Virus record (IMG/VR): IMGVR_UViG_3300023242_000001
Coordinates: 12,296-76,295 of that record
Length of the DNA stretch: 64,000 nt
DNA from: a virus
Reading direction: 5' to 3' (one strand)
In this document: in pieces, positions 8,388-18,329 of the stretch
Layout of the letters: every line of letters begins with the position of its first letter
Numbering within the stretch: position 1 is the stretch's first letter
Translations under genes and position numbers: made by a program
Notes under the pieces: model-generated
What the model was told of the DNA's origin: nothing
What the model saw: the letters and a program-made list of their open reading frames with translations, nothing else
The model's database searches: none

Positions 8388-9803
8388 ATGACGCCATACG
8401 AGCAAGCCAGGGAGCGATTTAATTTCCCCTTTCCCCTGCGCCCCTACCAAATCGACTCCGTCAACCAGCTGTGCGAAAACCCCCTCGCCGGCTACTACTG
8501 GGAGCCCGGCGCGGGCAAAACCTCCGGCGCCACCCACCAAGCCCTGTACGAAATCATCCGAGGCAACGCCGGTTGCTGGGTCATCGTGGTGCCCCCGATC
8601 CTGATCCCGCAGTGGGCCACCTGGATCCGTAAGGTCACCGACAAGACCACCGGCAAAGCGCTCACCGCCGTCGAGTACAAAGGCACCCCCAAGCAACGGA
8701 CTGCGCTCGACCTGAACGTCGACGTCGTTGTGCTCTCGTACCAGGTCTTCAAGCTCGACTTCGAGTCGCTGTGGGAGCGCATCAAACCGCGCCGCCCGGG
8801 CTTGATCTGCGACGAGGCCACCGCCATCAAGAACATCACCACCGACACGCACCGTGCGGTGGCCCTGTTCGCCGAGGGTGCACCGCTCCTGCTGCTCACC
8901 GGCACACCACTGAACAAGCCGGGCGACGCCTACGGCTACATGAAGTTGATCGCACCGGGCCTGTACCGCAACCAGCGCATGTTCGACCGCATGCACATCG
9001 AGGAGACCGACGAGTACAACAAGGTCATCAAGTGGGCCAACCTTGACATCCTCGAGCGCAACATGAAGGTGAACTCGCACCGCATCCTGATCCGTGAGCA
9101 TGTCAAAGACATGCCACCGGTGCAGTTCACCCCGATCGTCTACGACCTTGAGAAAGAGCACCTGAAGCTCTACCAGCGCATCGCCGAGGAGCGCCTGCTG
9201 CAGGCCGAGGACGGCAGCGGCTACATCGACGCCATCAGCAGCAGCAAGCTGCGCGCCGCGCTGCAGCAGGTCATCCTCAACTGGGGGCACTTCGCTGACG
9301 ACCCGAGCAAGGAGCCCGCCGCGCTCGAGCTGATTTACCAGACGCTGGACGAGATCGCCGAGCGCAAGCTGGTGGTCGTGGCGAACTTTCGCCGCTCCAA
9401 CGCCTACCTGCTTGAGAAGCTCGGGCCAACCTACGGCGCCGTGGCCATCTACGGTGACGTGAGCCCAAAGGGCAAGCAACTTGCGCTGAAGAAATTCACC
9501 GAGTCCGATGCCTGCCGAGTCATCATTTTGCACCCCGAGAGCGCCGGCTTCGGTGTCGACGGACTGCAGCACGTTTGTCACGACATGCTGGTGGTCGAGG
9601 CGCCAACAACGCCCACACCGTTCAACCAGGTGGTCGCGCGTTTGGATCGGGACGGCCAGAAAAGTTCCGTAAACTGCCGGGTCGCAATCGCTCGCAGTAC
9701 CGTGCAGGCCCGGATGTTCCGGGGTCTTTTGGAGAAGGACGCTCTGGTCAACTCAGTGCAGGGTTCCTTTCAGGATCTGCGCGATGCGATCTTTGGAGAC
9801 TGA
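8388..9803 (+). CDS. SNF2-family (SF2) helicase
   Basis: LRPYQ, PGAGKT, ICDEA, LTGTP, GFGVDGLQ and QVVARLDR motifs. Confidence 0.9.
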   Translation: MTPYEQARERFNFPFPLRPYQIDSVNQLCENPLAGYYWEPGAGKTSGATHQALYEIIRGNAGCWVIVVPPILIPQWATWIRKVTDKTTGKALTAVEYKGTPKQRTALDLNVDVVVLSYQVFKLDFESLWERIKPRRPGLICDEATAIKNITTDTHRAVALFAEGAPLLLLTGTPLNKPGDAYGYMKLIAPGLYRNQRMFDRMHIEETDEYNKVIKWANLDILERNMKVNSHRILIREHVKDMPPVQFTPIVYDLEKEHLKLYQRIAEERLLQAEDGSGYIDAISSSKLRAALQQVILNWGHFADDPSKEPAALELIYQTLDEIAERKLVVVANFRRSNAYLLEKLGPTYGAVAIYGDVSPKGKQLALKKFTESDACRVIILHPESAGFGVDGLQHVCHDMLVVEAPTTPTPFNQVVARLDRDGQKSSVNCRVAIARSTVQARMFRGLLEKDALVNSVQGSFQDLRDAIFGD

Positions 9804-9805
9804 TC

Positions 9806-10306
9806 ATGGCAAAGACCTTTTTAGACGACAAGGAAAGTTTCCAGGCCATCGTCGAGCAGTTGCCCGACGACGAGTTGGAGATCTACCGAAGCATGGGGGC
9901 GCTGACCCTTACCAGCGTTTTCCCCAACCGCGTGTTGGTCATTTACACATTGCGAGGAAGTAAACCCACAAACATCGAACTCATCACGATCGGCGACATC
10001 GGCATCACCAGGAGGGGTGGCCCCACACTGGAGATGTCGGCCCCAGGCAAGCACCTAGAGCTTGGCGTGCTGCCTCAGCGCTGGTTTGGTCGAGACCTGT
10101 TTTTTCAGGTGCCTCAAAACTTCACACTGAGGTGGCTTGGAAAAAGAACTGCACAAGACGGGCCGATGGGAGTACACTTTGCCGCCTCGTCTGCTGTGTT
10201 GGTTCGCTCAAGGAGCCGCCCACACATGAAGATGGAGGGTGAGACCTACTCTGAGACCCTTAACGAGTTCAGAGAAAAGTACCCGGGGGATACACCCCGG
10301 TACTGA
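9806..10306 (+). CDS. Hypothetical protein
   Basis: GGAG SD; starts MAKTFLDD; less GC3-biased than its neighbours. Confidence 0.6.
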   Translation: MAKTFLDDKESFQAIVEQLPDDELEIYRSMGALTLTSVFPNRVLVIYTLRGSKPTNIELITIGDIGITRRGGPTLEMSAPGKHLELGVLPQRWFGRDLFFQVPQNFTLRWLGKRTAQDGPMGVHFAASSAVLVRSRSRPHMKMEGETYSETLNEFREKYPGDTPRY

Positions 10307-10360
10307 GTTTCAGCGATAGAGCCCCACAGAGGGCAGCCAATAAAAATAAGAACAGGCTGT

Positions 10361-10567
10361 ATGACAATTTCCAATTTGGGCGCCCTCGGCGCCTCTTTCT
10401 CGACGCCCCGCACACCTGATGCGAGCACAAACCCAACCACGCACTTGAGCACCGGCTACGCCGGCGATCACCAGCTGCGCCTGAACATCGGGAACCCCCT
10501 CGCGGGAGACTCCCACACGGCCCCCGCGGCCTCCAAGCGACAACTCCACATCGGCTGCACCATTTAA
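10361..10567 (+). CDS. Possible small hypothetical protein
   Basis: ATG directly follows an A-rich-loop hairpin; fills the gap before the primase gene. Confidence 0.35.
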   Translation: MTISNLGALGASFSTPRTPDASTNPTTHLSTGYAGDHQLRLNIGNPLAGDSHTAPAASKRQLHIGCTI

Positions 10568-10576
10568 GGGGCACGC

Positions 10577-13474
10577 ATGACGACACCGACATCAACCTTC
10601 TGGTTCCAGAGGGCTGGCGGCGAGGACGCGTGGCTGGAAGCCCCTGCGTCCCTTCGTTCCCAGGTTCTCAACGACACAAAGCCCGCATTCACCACCATCC
10701 TCGACGCCTTCAGTTCCCCAGACGAAAGCTGGGGCCGCGACGACTTCGCGGCCATGCGCTACATCGGACCGATGTACTTTGACTTCGACGCTGAAGACAT
10801 TGCGGACACCATCACAGCCCTCGGCGAATTTCTCGACAAGCTCGAAGGCTTCGGCGTCAACCTTGACGCGCTGAGGCTCTACGCCACCGGCGGACGTGGG
10901 TTTCACATCGAAATCCCCATGCCAGTGTTCGTGGCCAAGGCCCCGCGCAACGGCGTGCTGGGCATGCCTTACGTCTTCAAGGAAATCGCCTACGAGCTGG
11001 TCGTCGACACGCTGGACTTGCGGGTCTACACGGGTCGCAAGGGCCGCATGTGGCGCACCCCCGGCATTGAGCGCAGCAACGGCTTGTACAAGGTGCCGCT
11101 GACCACGGCGCAGGCCCGGGCGATGACGCCCGAGCTGTACGCCGAGCTGTGCGCCGCGCCGATCGCCGAGCCCAAGCGGGCTGACCCGACGCTCAACCCG
11201 ACCCTGGCCGCGATGTTCCTCAAGGCCGAGAGCAAGGTAGCCGAGGCTGGCAAGCGCCGAGCCAAAGCTGGCGGCGCCGACGAAGCGCTGCTCGCCAAGT
11301 TCAAAGGCCAATGGCCTGACACCGTCAAGATGATCATGGCCGGCGAGGGCCTGCTCGACAACGTGGGCTTTCACAAGATCGCCATGCAGTTGGCGATCAC
11401 CGCCAACGCTCTGGGCAAGACGGCCGACCAGCTTGTCGAAGAAAGCCGGGACCTCTGCAAGAACTACTCCGGCGACTCCGGGCGCTACGGCTCACCCCGC
11501 AAGCGCAAGGAGGAACTGCGGCGGATGTGGGATTACACCCACGACAACTTTGTCTACAGCTACTCCCGTGGCGGGCTGCGCGCGCTGCTCGGGCCCGACA
11601 CACCCTCCAGCGACCTCGACGGCGTCAGCGGCGCCGCGGTCAACCTGGGCAGCGTGCCGAGTTCCGACGACCTCGACGCAGACGTCGACGCTGAGACAGA
11701 AGCCGAGATCAGCTCAGCCCAAAACTCGCTGCTCGAGGGTTTGATGATCACCCGCACCGGCGTTCACAAGCGTACCGCTGAAGGTGTTCGCACCATCAGC
11801 AACATCGCTTTTGCTTCGCCCACACAACTGCTCGACCCCGAGGACAACACAGTGCTCGGCATCACCGCCGACGTCCTGTCCGACGGCGTGCGCCAGGGCC
11901 GCATCACGCTGGCCGGGCGCGCGTTCACCAGCCGCGCCAACCTGAGTGCTTGGTGCGCCAACTACGGCGGAGTCTTCTCAGGCTCCGATACCCAGGCCGG
12001 CGTGGTGCAGCTGTTGCTGTCCCGCGATGCCAAAGAAAAAGGACGTGTCATGTATGCACTTCGCAAAGAGGGCCTGGACGTCGTCCAGAACCCCTTGATC
12101 CCTGACCGCAGCGTGTTCGACGTTGTCTTCGTCCACCGCGACCGCGTCGTGTGCGACAACAGCGCCGCGCAGTATGTGTTCCAACCATTGGTTGCCGATG
12201 GCGCGCTGTTCCTCTCCGACGTGCACAACGCGCCGGAGATCACACGCACCGAGGAGACCGAGGCGTTCATCCACAACCTGCTTGACATGAACGACCCCTC
12301 GGTCGTCGCCCCCATGCTCGGGTGGTTCGTGAGCTGCTTTCACAAGCAGTTCTACCAGCGCGCGTTCAGCCAGTTTCCACTGCTGCACCCCAACGGCCCG
12401 GCCGGCAGCGGCAAGACTCTGACAGCGATGCTGATGGCGCGCTTGTTCTTCTTGAAGAACCCGGTGGCGATGAAGTCCTGTGCTTCGCACACCACCACCG
12501 ACTTCTCGCTCAAGTCGTTCCTGACCGGATCGGCCTCGCCACCGGTGCTGCTCGACGAGTACAAGCCCAGCGAGCTGATCCAAAAGCGGGTCGACCTGTT
12601 GCTGCAGTCGTTCCGGTTGGCCTACAACCAGGGATCAGGTTCGTCGGGCGGCATGTCTCGCGGCGGGGCCACAAGCTCCTTTCGCGAGGTGGCCGACTAC
12701 ACCTACTCGACACCGGTGTGCTTCATGGCCGAGAGCCAGGAGACGCAGACCGCGATCGTGCAGCGCTGCGTGCCGGTGTCGTTCAACCAGGTCATGTCCA
12801 ACGAGCACACGGCGCAGTTCAACGCCGTGAGTGACAAGGCCCACCTCATGGCCAGCCTGGGGCGCCTGATCCTGCGCTACTCCTACAGCGAGACGGTCGA
12901 GTCGCGCCACAGGGCGCTCTCCCCGGTGATCGACGCCCTGACCAAGACGCTGGATGCCAACGTCCACCCGCGCCAGATCTACAACTTGGCCGTGGTCACC
13001 GAGGGCATCAACTACCTCGAGCGCGTCCTGAAGCCGGTGTTTGGCGAGGCGTTCACCGCCCGGTTCGAGACCCTGCGCACCGCTCTGTTCGAGCACCGCA
13101 TGGAGATCAGCTCGGGCGTCATGTCCGAGGCCGCCAAGACGATGAACGACATCGCCTTGATCTCGCGCTCCGAGGACTTCGACAGCGAGTTCGCGATCCG
13201 CGAGGGTCACGAATACATCATCACCGACGGGCACATCGACATGCTGATGCGCGAGACGTTCGTGAAGTATTTCTCCTGGTGCAAGCGCAAGGGCTTTCCA
13301 CCGTTTTACCAATCCGTTGAGTCTTTTAGCGTGGCGATGAACAAGTTCCCGCCCACCAAAGACCGCACCTGTTTGACCTCTCCGCTTCGCAAGAGCGGGA
13401 AGTCAAAGATCTTCCGATTTAGCCTTGCCGGGCTGGGTTTGGAAGGAGTTGATGAGTTCAAGACGAAGGGGTGA
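10577..13474 (+). CDS. AEP-type primase/polymerase fused to a P-loop helicase
   Basis: YFDFD and TGGRGFH primase motifs; Walker A GPAGSGKT; Walker B LLDE. Confidence 0.85.
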   Translation: MTTPTSTFWFQRAGGEDAWLEAPASLRSQVLNDTKPAFTTILDAFSSPDESWGRDDFAAMRYIGPMYFDFDAEDIADTITALGEFLDKLEGFGVNLDALRLYATGGRGFHIEIPMPVFVAKAPRNGVLGMPYVFKEIAYELVVDTLDLRVYTGRKGRMWRTPGIERSNGLYKVPLTTAQARAMTPELYAELCAAPIAEPKRADPTLNPTLAAMFLKAESKVAEAGKRRAKAGGADEALLAKFKGQWPDTVKMIMAGEGLLDNVGFHKIAMQLAITANALGKTADQLVEESRDLCKNYSGDSGRYGSPRKRKEELRRMWDYTHDNFVYSYSRGGLRALLGPDTPSSDLDGVSGAAVNLGSVPSSDDLDADVDAETEAEISSAQNSLLEGLMITRTGVHKRTAEGVRTISNIAFASPTQLLDPEDNTVLGITADVLSDGVRQGRITLAGRAFTSRANLSAWCANYGGVFSGSDTQAGVVQLLLSRDAKEKGRVMYALRKEGLDVVQNPLIPDRSVFDVVFVHRDRVVCDNSAAQYVFQPLVADGALFLSDVHNAPEITRTEETEAFIHNLLDMNDPSVVAPMLGWFVSCFHKQFYQRAFSQFPLLHPNGPAGSGKTLTAMLMARLFFLKNPVAMKSCASHTTTDFSLKSFLTGSASPPVLLDEYKPSELIQKRVDLLLQSFRLAYNQGSGSSGGMSRGGATSSFREVADYTYSTPVCFMAESQETQTAIVQRCVPVSFNQVMSNEHTAQFNAVSDKAHLMASLGRLILRYSYSETVESRHRALSPVIDALTKTLDANVHPRQIYNLAVVTEGINYLERVLKPVFGEAFTARFETLRTALFEHRMEISSGVMSEAAKTMNDIALISRSEDFDSEFAIREGHEYIITDGHIDMLMRETFVKYFSWCKRKGFPPFYQSVESFSVAMNKFPPTKDRTCLTSPLRKSGKSKIFRFSLAGLGLEGVDEFKTKG

Positions 13475-13530
13475 GACCCGTAGCTGAACTCGATTTTTGT
13501 CACTGAAACTGAAAACCTAGGAACTCTATC

Positions 13531-14391
13531 ATGGCTCTCAAGAAGTCCACCACCGCCGCAGCCAACACGTTCGCCGACAAGTTCGAGGACGACAGCGCTG
13601 CGGTCACCGCCACCACCTCCGCACCTTGGGGTGACGAGACCGGCGCCGCAGACAGCGGAGCAGACAGCGGCGCAGACAACACCACAGCAGCCAAGGTCGA
13701 AGCCACCACCGCTGTGGCCAAGGCGTCCGCCACCTCGGTGAGCGTCAGCGACGCCGCCTCCCGAGCCAAGGGCTTCCAGAAAGAGGTCGAGGCGATGAAA
13801 GGCGCCGCCGACTTCTCCTGGGGCACACACCGTGTGTTCAAGGCCAAGGACGGCGCGATCAAGGAGATGAAGAACGCCAAGCTCAAGCTGGGCCGCTGGG
13901 TCAAGGTGATGATGTTGGCGTGGGACACCCGCATCGAGATCTCCCCGGGCGAAGACGGCAAGGGTGCTGAAGACTTTGTCGCCTACTCCAAGGACGGCAA
14001 GACCATCGACTACGTCCAGGGTGCCGAGCAGGCCAAGTTCCTTGGCACCTCGGTCGACGCCTACGTCCAGTACCTCAAGAACGAGGAAGACTTCGAGCGA
14101 GCCAGCAAGCGTGACTTCATCGACGTGCAGTGCGCGGTGCTGGACTGCGAAGACCAGCCCGACTTCCACGAGATCATCCAGATCACCTTGAGCTCGTCGA
14201 GCATCCCGGCGTTCAAGAGCTACCAGAGCGATCTCAACGCCAAGGCCAAGTGCGTGGCGATGGGCCTGCCTGGCTTCAGCGTGCCAGAGAACCCGTTCGA
14301 GTTCTTCTTCATCCGCGAGGACGCGGAGAACAAGAAGAGCCAGACCTGGACCAAGCTGGTCATCAAGTCCAGCCTGCCAGCCAAGATCTGA
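13531..14391 (+). CDS. Putative single-stranded DNA-binding/annealing protein
   Basis: Follows the primase gene, has a disordered N-terminus and is followed by a terminator; function inferred from context only. Confidence 0.45.
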   Translation: MALKKSTTAAANTFADKFEDDSAAVTATTSAPWGDETGAADSGADSGADNTTAAKVEATTAVAKASATSVSVSDAASRAKGFQKEVEAMKGAADFSWGTHRVFKAKDGAIKEMKNAKLKLGRWVKVMMLAWDTRIEISPGEDGKGAEDFVAYSKDGKTIDYVQGAEQAKFLGTSVDAYVQYLKNEEDFERASKRDFIDVQCAVLDCEDQPDFHEIIQITLSSSSIPAFKSYQSDLNAKAKCVAMGLPGFSVPENPFEFFFIREDAENKKSQTWTKLVIKSSLPAKI

Positions 14392-14397
14392 TGCACA

Positions 14398-14423
14398 GGC
14401 CGCCCTTCGGGGCGGTCTTTTTG
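14398..14423 (+). terminator. Intrinsic terminator
   Basis: GGCCGCCC-TTCG-GGGCGGTC followed by TTTTT. Confidence 0.8.
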
Positions 14424-14432
14424 GACCCCACC

Positions 14433-15119
14433 ATGAACTACATGATTGCCGACACCGAAACGACAGGTGTGAGCGATGAGGCGTCGGCCTGCGAGATCGG
14501 CTGGATCACCATCGACGAGGACTTCAACATCCTCACCGAGGTCCAGTCGATCATCGACCCCGAACAGGTCATTGGCGCGGGCGCCTCGGCCGTCCACGGC
14601 CTTGTCTGGGAAGACTGTCTAGCCTACCCCACGATCGAGGAGTTCTTCTCCGTCGACGACCCCAGCTGCTACGGCAAGAAGGTCGAGGAGCCCACCGTCC
14701 TGATCGGCCATCGCATCAGCTTTGATCGCCGGTTCCTTGGGGCCTACATCCCGAACATCGTGCAGGAGCTGTGCACCCTTCGCTGGGTGCGCAACCTCTA
14801 CCCCGACATGGACAACCACCAGTTGGGCACCACGATTTTCGCGCTGAACCTGCCGCGCTCCACCGGCGCGCACCGGGTGATGGGCGACATCATGTCGTCC
14901 TACCACCTGCTCAAGCACGTTGCCGAGCGCACAGGGCTCACGCTCCCAGAGCTTGCCGAGGCGTCTGCCCAGCCCATGTGGATCACCCGCATGCCGTTCG
15001 GCAAGCACAAGGGTGAGCCGATGGCGGACGTGCCCCGCAGCTACCTCGGCTGGATGCAGCGCTCGATGGACCTCGACCAAGACCTCGCCCACACCATCAA
15101 AACCATACTGAATAAATAA
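14433..15119 (+). CDS. DEDDh 3'-5' exonuclease (ExoX-like)
   Basis: DTETTG, GHRISFD and AHRVMGD motifs; C-terminal MPFGKHKG...VPRSYL motif. Confidence 0.85.
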   Translation: MNYMIADTETTGVSDEASACEIGWITIDEDFNILTEVQSIIDPEQVIGAGASAVHGLVWEDCLAYPTIEEFFSVDDPSCYGKKVEEPTVLIGHRISFDRRFLGAYIPNIVQELCTLRWVRNLYPDMDNHQLGTTIFALNLPRSTGAHRVMGDIMSSYHLLKHVAERTGLTLPELAEASAQPMWITRMPFGKHKGEPMADVPRSYLGWMQRSMDLDQDLAHTIKTILNK

Positions 15120-15120
15120 C

Positions 15121-15765
15121 ATGACCACCGACACTCTGCCCCCCTACAAAGAATTCGTTCGCGGCCTGTTCAACCGCTCCGGCTCGCCCGCCCAAGACTT
15201 TGCCCACGCCGTGCTGGGCCTGAGCACCGAGGTCTACGAGCTCGACAACGCCACCAGCTACACCAACAGCATCGAGGAGCTCGGTGACCTGGCCTTCTAC
15301 GACCAGGCCCTGGAGATCGTTGTCGCCGACGCCTTCGGCATTGACGTCAACTCCCTGCCGGTCCGCACCCTGGGCGAGATGCTCGCAGCCAACCCCAACT
15401 GGGACACCGAGCGGGCCCTGGCCGGCGACGGCCTGATCGCCATGGACATCCGCACCTTCTGCATCTGCGAGATGCAGGACACCGCCAAGCGTTGGATCGG
15501 CTACGGCAAGGCGCCCTCCCCCGAGAAAGCTGCTGAGACCCTGGCCATGGCCGTGGCAGCGTTCGATCTGAGCGCCCACTTGGTGAGCGGCGCGGAGATC
15601 GGAAGCCCTGAGTGCAGGCTGGTCGCAGACCTTGCCGTGCGTGCCAACTTCGACAAGTTGCGGGCCCGCTACAAGGGCAGCAAGTTCTCGCAGGAAGCCG
15701 CGCTGAACCGCGACCTCGACGCTGAACTGAAGGTTCTCGATGAAGCTGTGGCTGCCACCAGCTGA
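15121..15765 (+). CDS. MazG-like nucleotide pyrophosphohydrolase
   Basis: GLSTEVYE...EELGDL and NFDKLRARY motifs. Confidence 0.7.
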   Translation: MTTDTLPPYKEFVRGLFNRSGSPAQDFAHAVLGLSTEVYELDNATSYTNSIEELGDLAFYDQALEIVVADAFGIDVNSLPVRTLGEMLAANPNWDTERALAGDGLIAMDIRTFCICEMQDTAKRWIGYGKAPSPEKAAETLAMAVAAFDLSAHLVSGAEIGSPECRLVADLAVRANFDKLRARYKGSKFSQEAALNRDLDAELKVLDEAVAATS

Positions 15766-16693
15766 CATCGCCAGGGTGCTGCGCATCGTTGCGCAACACC
15801 TTGACCGAGCAGGCCTGCCTGCCGACCTGGCCCACACAGGCTGGGTGGGCGGCGCGCCTGTCACCCTGCCCGGCTTCAGCTTGCTTGAGCCGGTGGGCGG
15901 CGTCTGGCCCCTGAGCTGGTTCGTGCCCGAGAGCACCAACCTGGCCCAGGCCAAGTCGCTGTACGAGGCCTACTCAGCGATCCGCCTGACCAAGACCCGC
16001 CCCAAGTCCCAGGTGCTGGCCGAGGGCATCGAGCAGGCCGCGCTGCGCCGGCTGCTTGACCGCAAGCCCAAGCTGTTCACCGACTGGTTCGAGACCGCCG
16101 CGATTCTCATCGCGCTGATCGCGATGTTCTCCGAGCGCGAGGTGACTTTCGGCGCGCAGGGTGTGCTGCGCCTGGTGTGCGACAGCGGCACCTTCCGCGC
16201 CAGCTCGACCAAGATGTGGTCCAACGACAGGTACCTCCGCGCGCAGGTCGGCCACGCCGCCACCGACTTCGATCTGGCGGCCCTGACGATCGACCCTCTG
16301 GTCACCGACCACCCCCTGGCTGTGACCCTGGTGCGCGTTGGCGCGCCGGTGGCGTCGTTGCTTGCTGCCCATGTGGCCATCGCCCAGCAGGGCATGGAGC
16401 GGGGCCACTGGCTGAGACCCAGGGCCGTCGCCCCGCGCGACACCACAGCGCCCAGGCCGCGCGGGCGCCCCCGCGTTGAGCGCCAAGTCACCAAGGACAT
16501 GGCGCAGGAGGCCCACTGGTTTGTGAACCACAACCGCAAGGGCGTGGGCGAAGAACTTGCGCGCATCCTGGTGCCCAAGGGCGTATCCAAGAACACCCTG
16601 GCCCGCCTGCTCGGGCCTTACGCCTACAACCTCCTGCCTCTGACCCCGGTTCTCCAGGCGAAGGTCAAGTTGTGGCTTGCGGACTACCTGTGA
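15740..16693 (+). CDS. Hypothetical protein with an AT-hook
   Basis: RPRGRPR near the C-terminus. Confidence 0.55.
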   Translation: MKLWLPPADIARVLRIVAQHLDRAGLPADLAHTGWVGGAPVTLPGFSLLEPVGGVWPLSWFVPESTNLAQAKSLYEAYSAIRLTKTRPKSQVLAEGIEQAALRRLLDRKPKLFTDWFETAAILIALIAMFSEREVTFGAQGVLRLVCDSGTFRASSTKMWSNDRYLRAQVGHAATDFDLAALTIDPLVTDHPLAVTLVRVGAPVASLLAAHVAIAQQGMERGHWLRPRAVAPRDTTAPRPRGRPRVERQVTKDMAQEAHWFVNHNRKGVGEELARILVPKGVSKNTLARLLGPYAYNLLPLTPVLQAKVKLWLADYL

Positions 16694-16953
16694 TGCAGAC
16701 CCGCCTGCAGTCCTTCATCGAGCAGCTGCTGAACATCGGCAGCGGCTTCCTCGTCTCCCTGCTTGTCTGGGAGTTCGTCGTCAAACCCATCTGGAACATT
16801 CAAACCAGCCACGCAGAGAACCTTCAAATCACCCTTCTGTTCACTGTCGTGAGCATCGCACGCAGCTACGCGTGGCGCAGAGTTTTCAATCACCGGCTCA
16901 ATAAAAACAACAAGAAAGCAAGCCATGAAAAGACTGATCGGAGTTGCGGGTAA
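16693..16953 (+). CDS. Small two-TM membrane protein
   Basis: MQTRLQSFIE...FTVVSIARSYAWRRVFN, a pattern seen beside phage nucleotide genes. Confidence 0.65.
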   Translation: MQTRLQSFIEQLLNIGSGFLVSLLVWEFVVKPIWNIQTSHAENLQITLLFTVVSIARSYAWRRVFNHRLNKNNKKASHEKTDRSCG

Positions 16954-17470
16954 AGCCCGCAGCGGCAAGGACGAGTTCACCCGCGGGCTCGTGGCCCAGG
17001 GCTACACCCGTGGCGCGTTTGCAGATGCGCTGAAGCAGGTCACCGCACTCATCGCCGATGAGCCGCTGGTCAACTTCACCGACGACGTGCTGAAGGAGGG
17101 CTACTGCCCCTCCCTCAAGATGACGAGGCGTGCCGCGCTGCAGAAGGTCGGCGCCGGTGGGCGCGAGATCCTGCACGACGGCATCTGGGCCGACCGCCTG
17201 CTTGCCCAGGCGGCCCAGCACGATCACTTCGCCATCAGCGACGTGCGCTTCCCCAACGAGGCCCGGGCCATCCGCGCTCTGGGCGGCATCGTGGTGTTGA
17301 TCGAGCGCCCCGACAACGTCGGCCTCACCGGCGAGGCCGCGCAGCATGTCTCGGAGCGGCCCCTGCCCCCGGAGCTGATTGACCTTCTGGTCACCAACCA
17401 CGGCACTGTCGGCGACCTCCACGAGGAGGCCAGGCTGATAGCAGGCCGGCTGGAGCTGCGCACCCCATGA
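16925..17470 (+). CDS. Deoxynucleoside monophosphate kinase
   Basis: GKARSGKD, FADALK, RAALQKVG, ISDVRFPNE and HVSE motifs. Confidence 0.88.
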   Translation: MKRLIGVAGKARSGKDEFTRGLVAQGYTRGAFADALKQVTALIADEPLVNFTDDVLKEGYCPSLKMTRRAALQKVGAGGREILHDGIWADRLLAQAAQHDHFAISDVRFPNEARAIRALGGIVVLIERPDNVGLTGEAAQHVSERPLPPELIDLLVTNHGTVGDLHEEARLIAGRLELRTP

Positions 17471-17712
17471 GCGAAGCCGACGACCTTGACCGCGCCGCCG
17501 AGCTCACGCAGCGCACCAACGACGCCCACGTCCACCGCGCCATGCAAAAGGCCAGGCCCGAGCAGGTACAGCGCGCCGATGGCACGTGGCCCCACCCCGA
17601 GTGTGTGGACTGCGACGCCGTGATCCCGCTGGGGCGCTTGAAGCTGGGGCGCATTCGCTGCGTGCACTGCCAGGAGGCCATCGAGCGAGGCCGGCGCGGG
17701 AGGGTGGCATGA
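17467..17712 (+). CDS. TraR/DksA C4 zinc-finger protein
   Basis: ADDLDRA acidic tip; CVDC...RCVHCQE. Confidence 0.8.
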   Translation: MSEADDLDRAAELTQRTNDAHVHRAMQKARPEQVQRADGTWPHPECVDCDAVIPLGRLKLGRIRCVHCQEAIERGRRGRVA

Positions 17713-18329
17713 GTACGATCGCAGCCCTCTACGTTGAGCCTGATGGTGCTTACTTTGGCCTGCCGGGGGTAGACCCCTGGGACGAGGCGAGGGACGCCCG
17801 GACCTACTCAGGCCCACACCCGGTTGTCGCGCACCCGCCCTGCCAGCGGTGGGGCAAATACTGGCACGGCGCGCCACGCAAACCCCACCAGTACCGCAAG
17901 GGCGAAGACGGCGGCTGCTTCGGCGCCGCGCTGACAGCCGTTCGCAACTACGGGGGCGTTCTTGAGCACCCCGCTGACTCCCATGCCTGGGGCTGGTTTG
18001 GTCTGGCAAAGCCGCCGAGGGCCGGGGGTTGGGTCAGGGCCGACGAGCACGGCGGCTGGACCTGTCACGTCGAGCAGGGGCACTACGGACACCTTGCCCG
18101 CAAAGCCACGTGGCTGTATTCGGTCGACACCGAGCGCCCGGATCTGATCTGGGGGCCTGGGAAGCAGCGCATCCACCCGGTGGCCCTGGCCAAGTACGGC
18201 TACGAGAAAGCCCTGCGCATCGGGATGATGGCCATGGTGGGCGGCAAGGACAAGACCCGAATCCGAAACACCACCCCGGCCGGGTTCCGGGACATCCTGG
18301 TCGAACTGGCGAGAGGGCCTACCCAATGA
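17709..18329 (+). CDS. Minimal DNA cytosine-C5 methyltransferase-like protein
   Basis: HPPC catalytic-like motif, VLEHP (ENV-like) and RKATWL; no FxGxG motif I. Confidence 0.5.
   Translation: MSTIAALYVEPDGAYFGLPGVDPWDEARDARTYSGPHPVVAHPPCQRWGKYWHGAPRKPHQYRKGEDGGCFGAALTAVRNYGGVLEHPADSHAWGWFGLAKPPRAGGWVRADEHGGWTCHVEQGHYGHLARKATWLYSVDTERPDLIWGPGKQRIHPVALAKYGYEKALRIGMMAMVGGKDKTRIRNTTPAGFRDILVELARGPTQ

Noticed and set aside
10911-10918. Seventh late-promoter copy (also GGGGATTG at about 49350 on the plus strand)
   Set aside because: There is no AGT element at 21-22 nt spacing and no downstream gene start.
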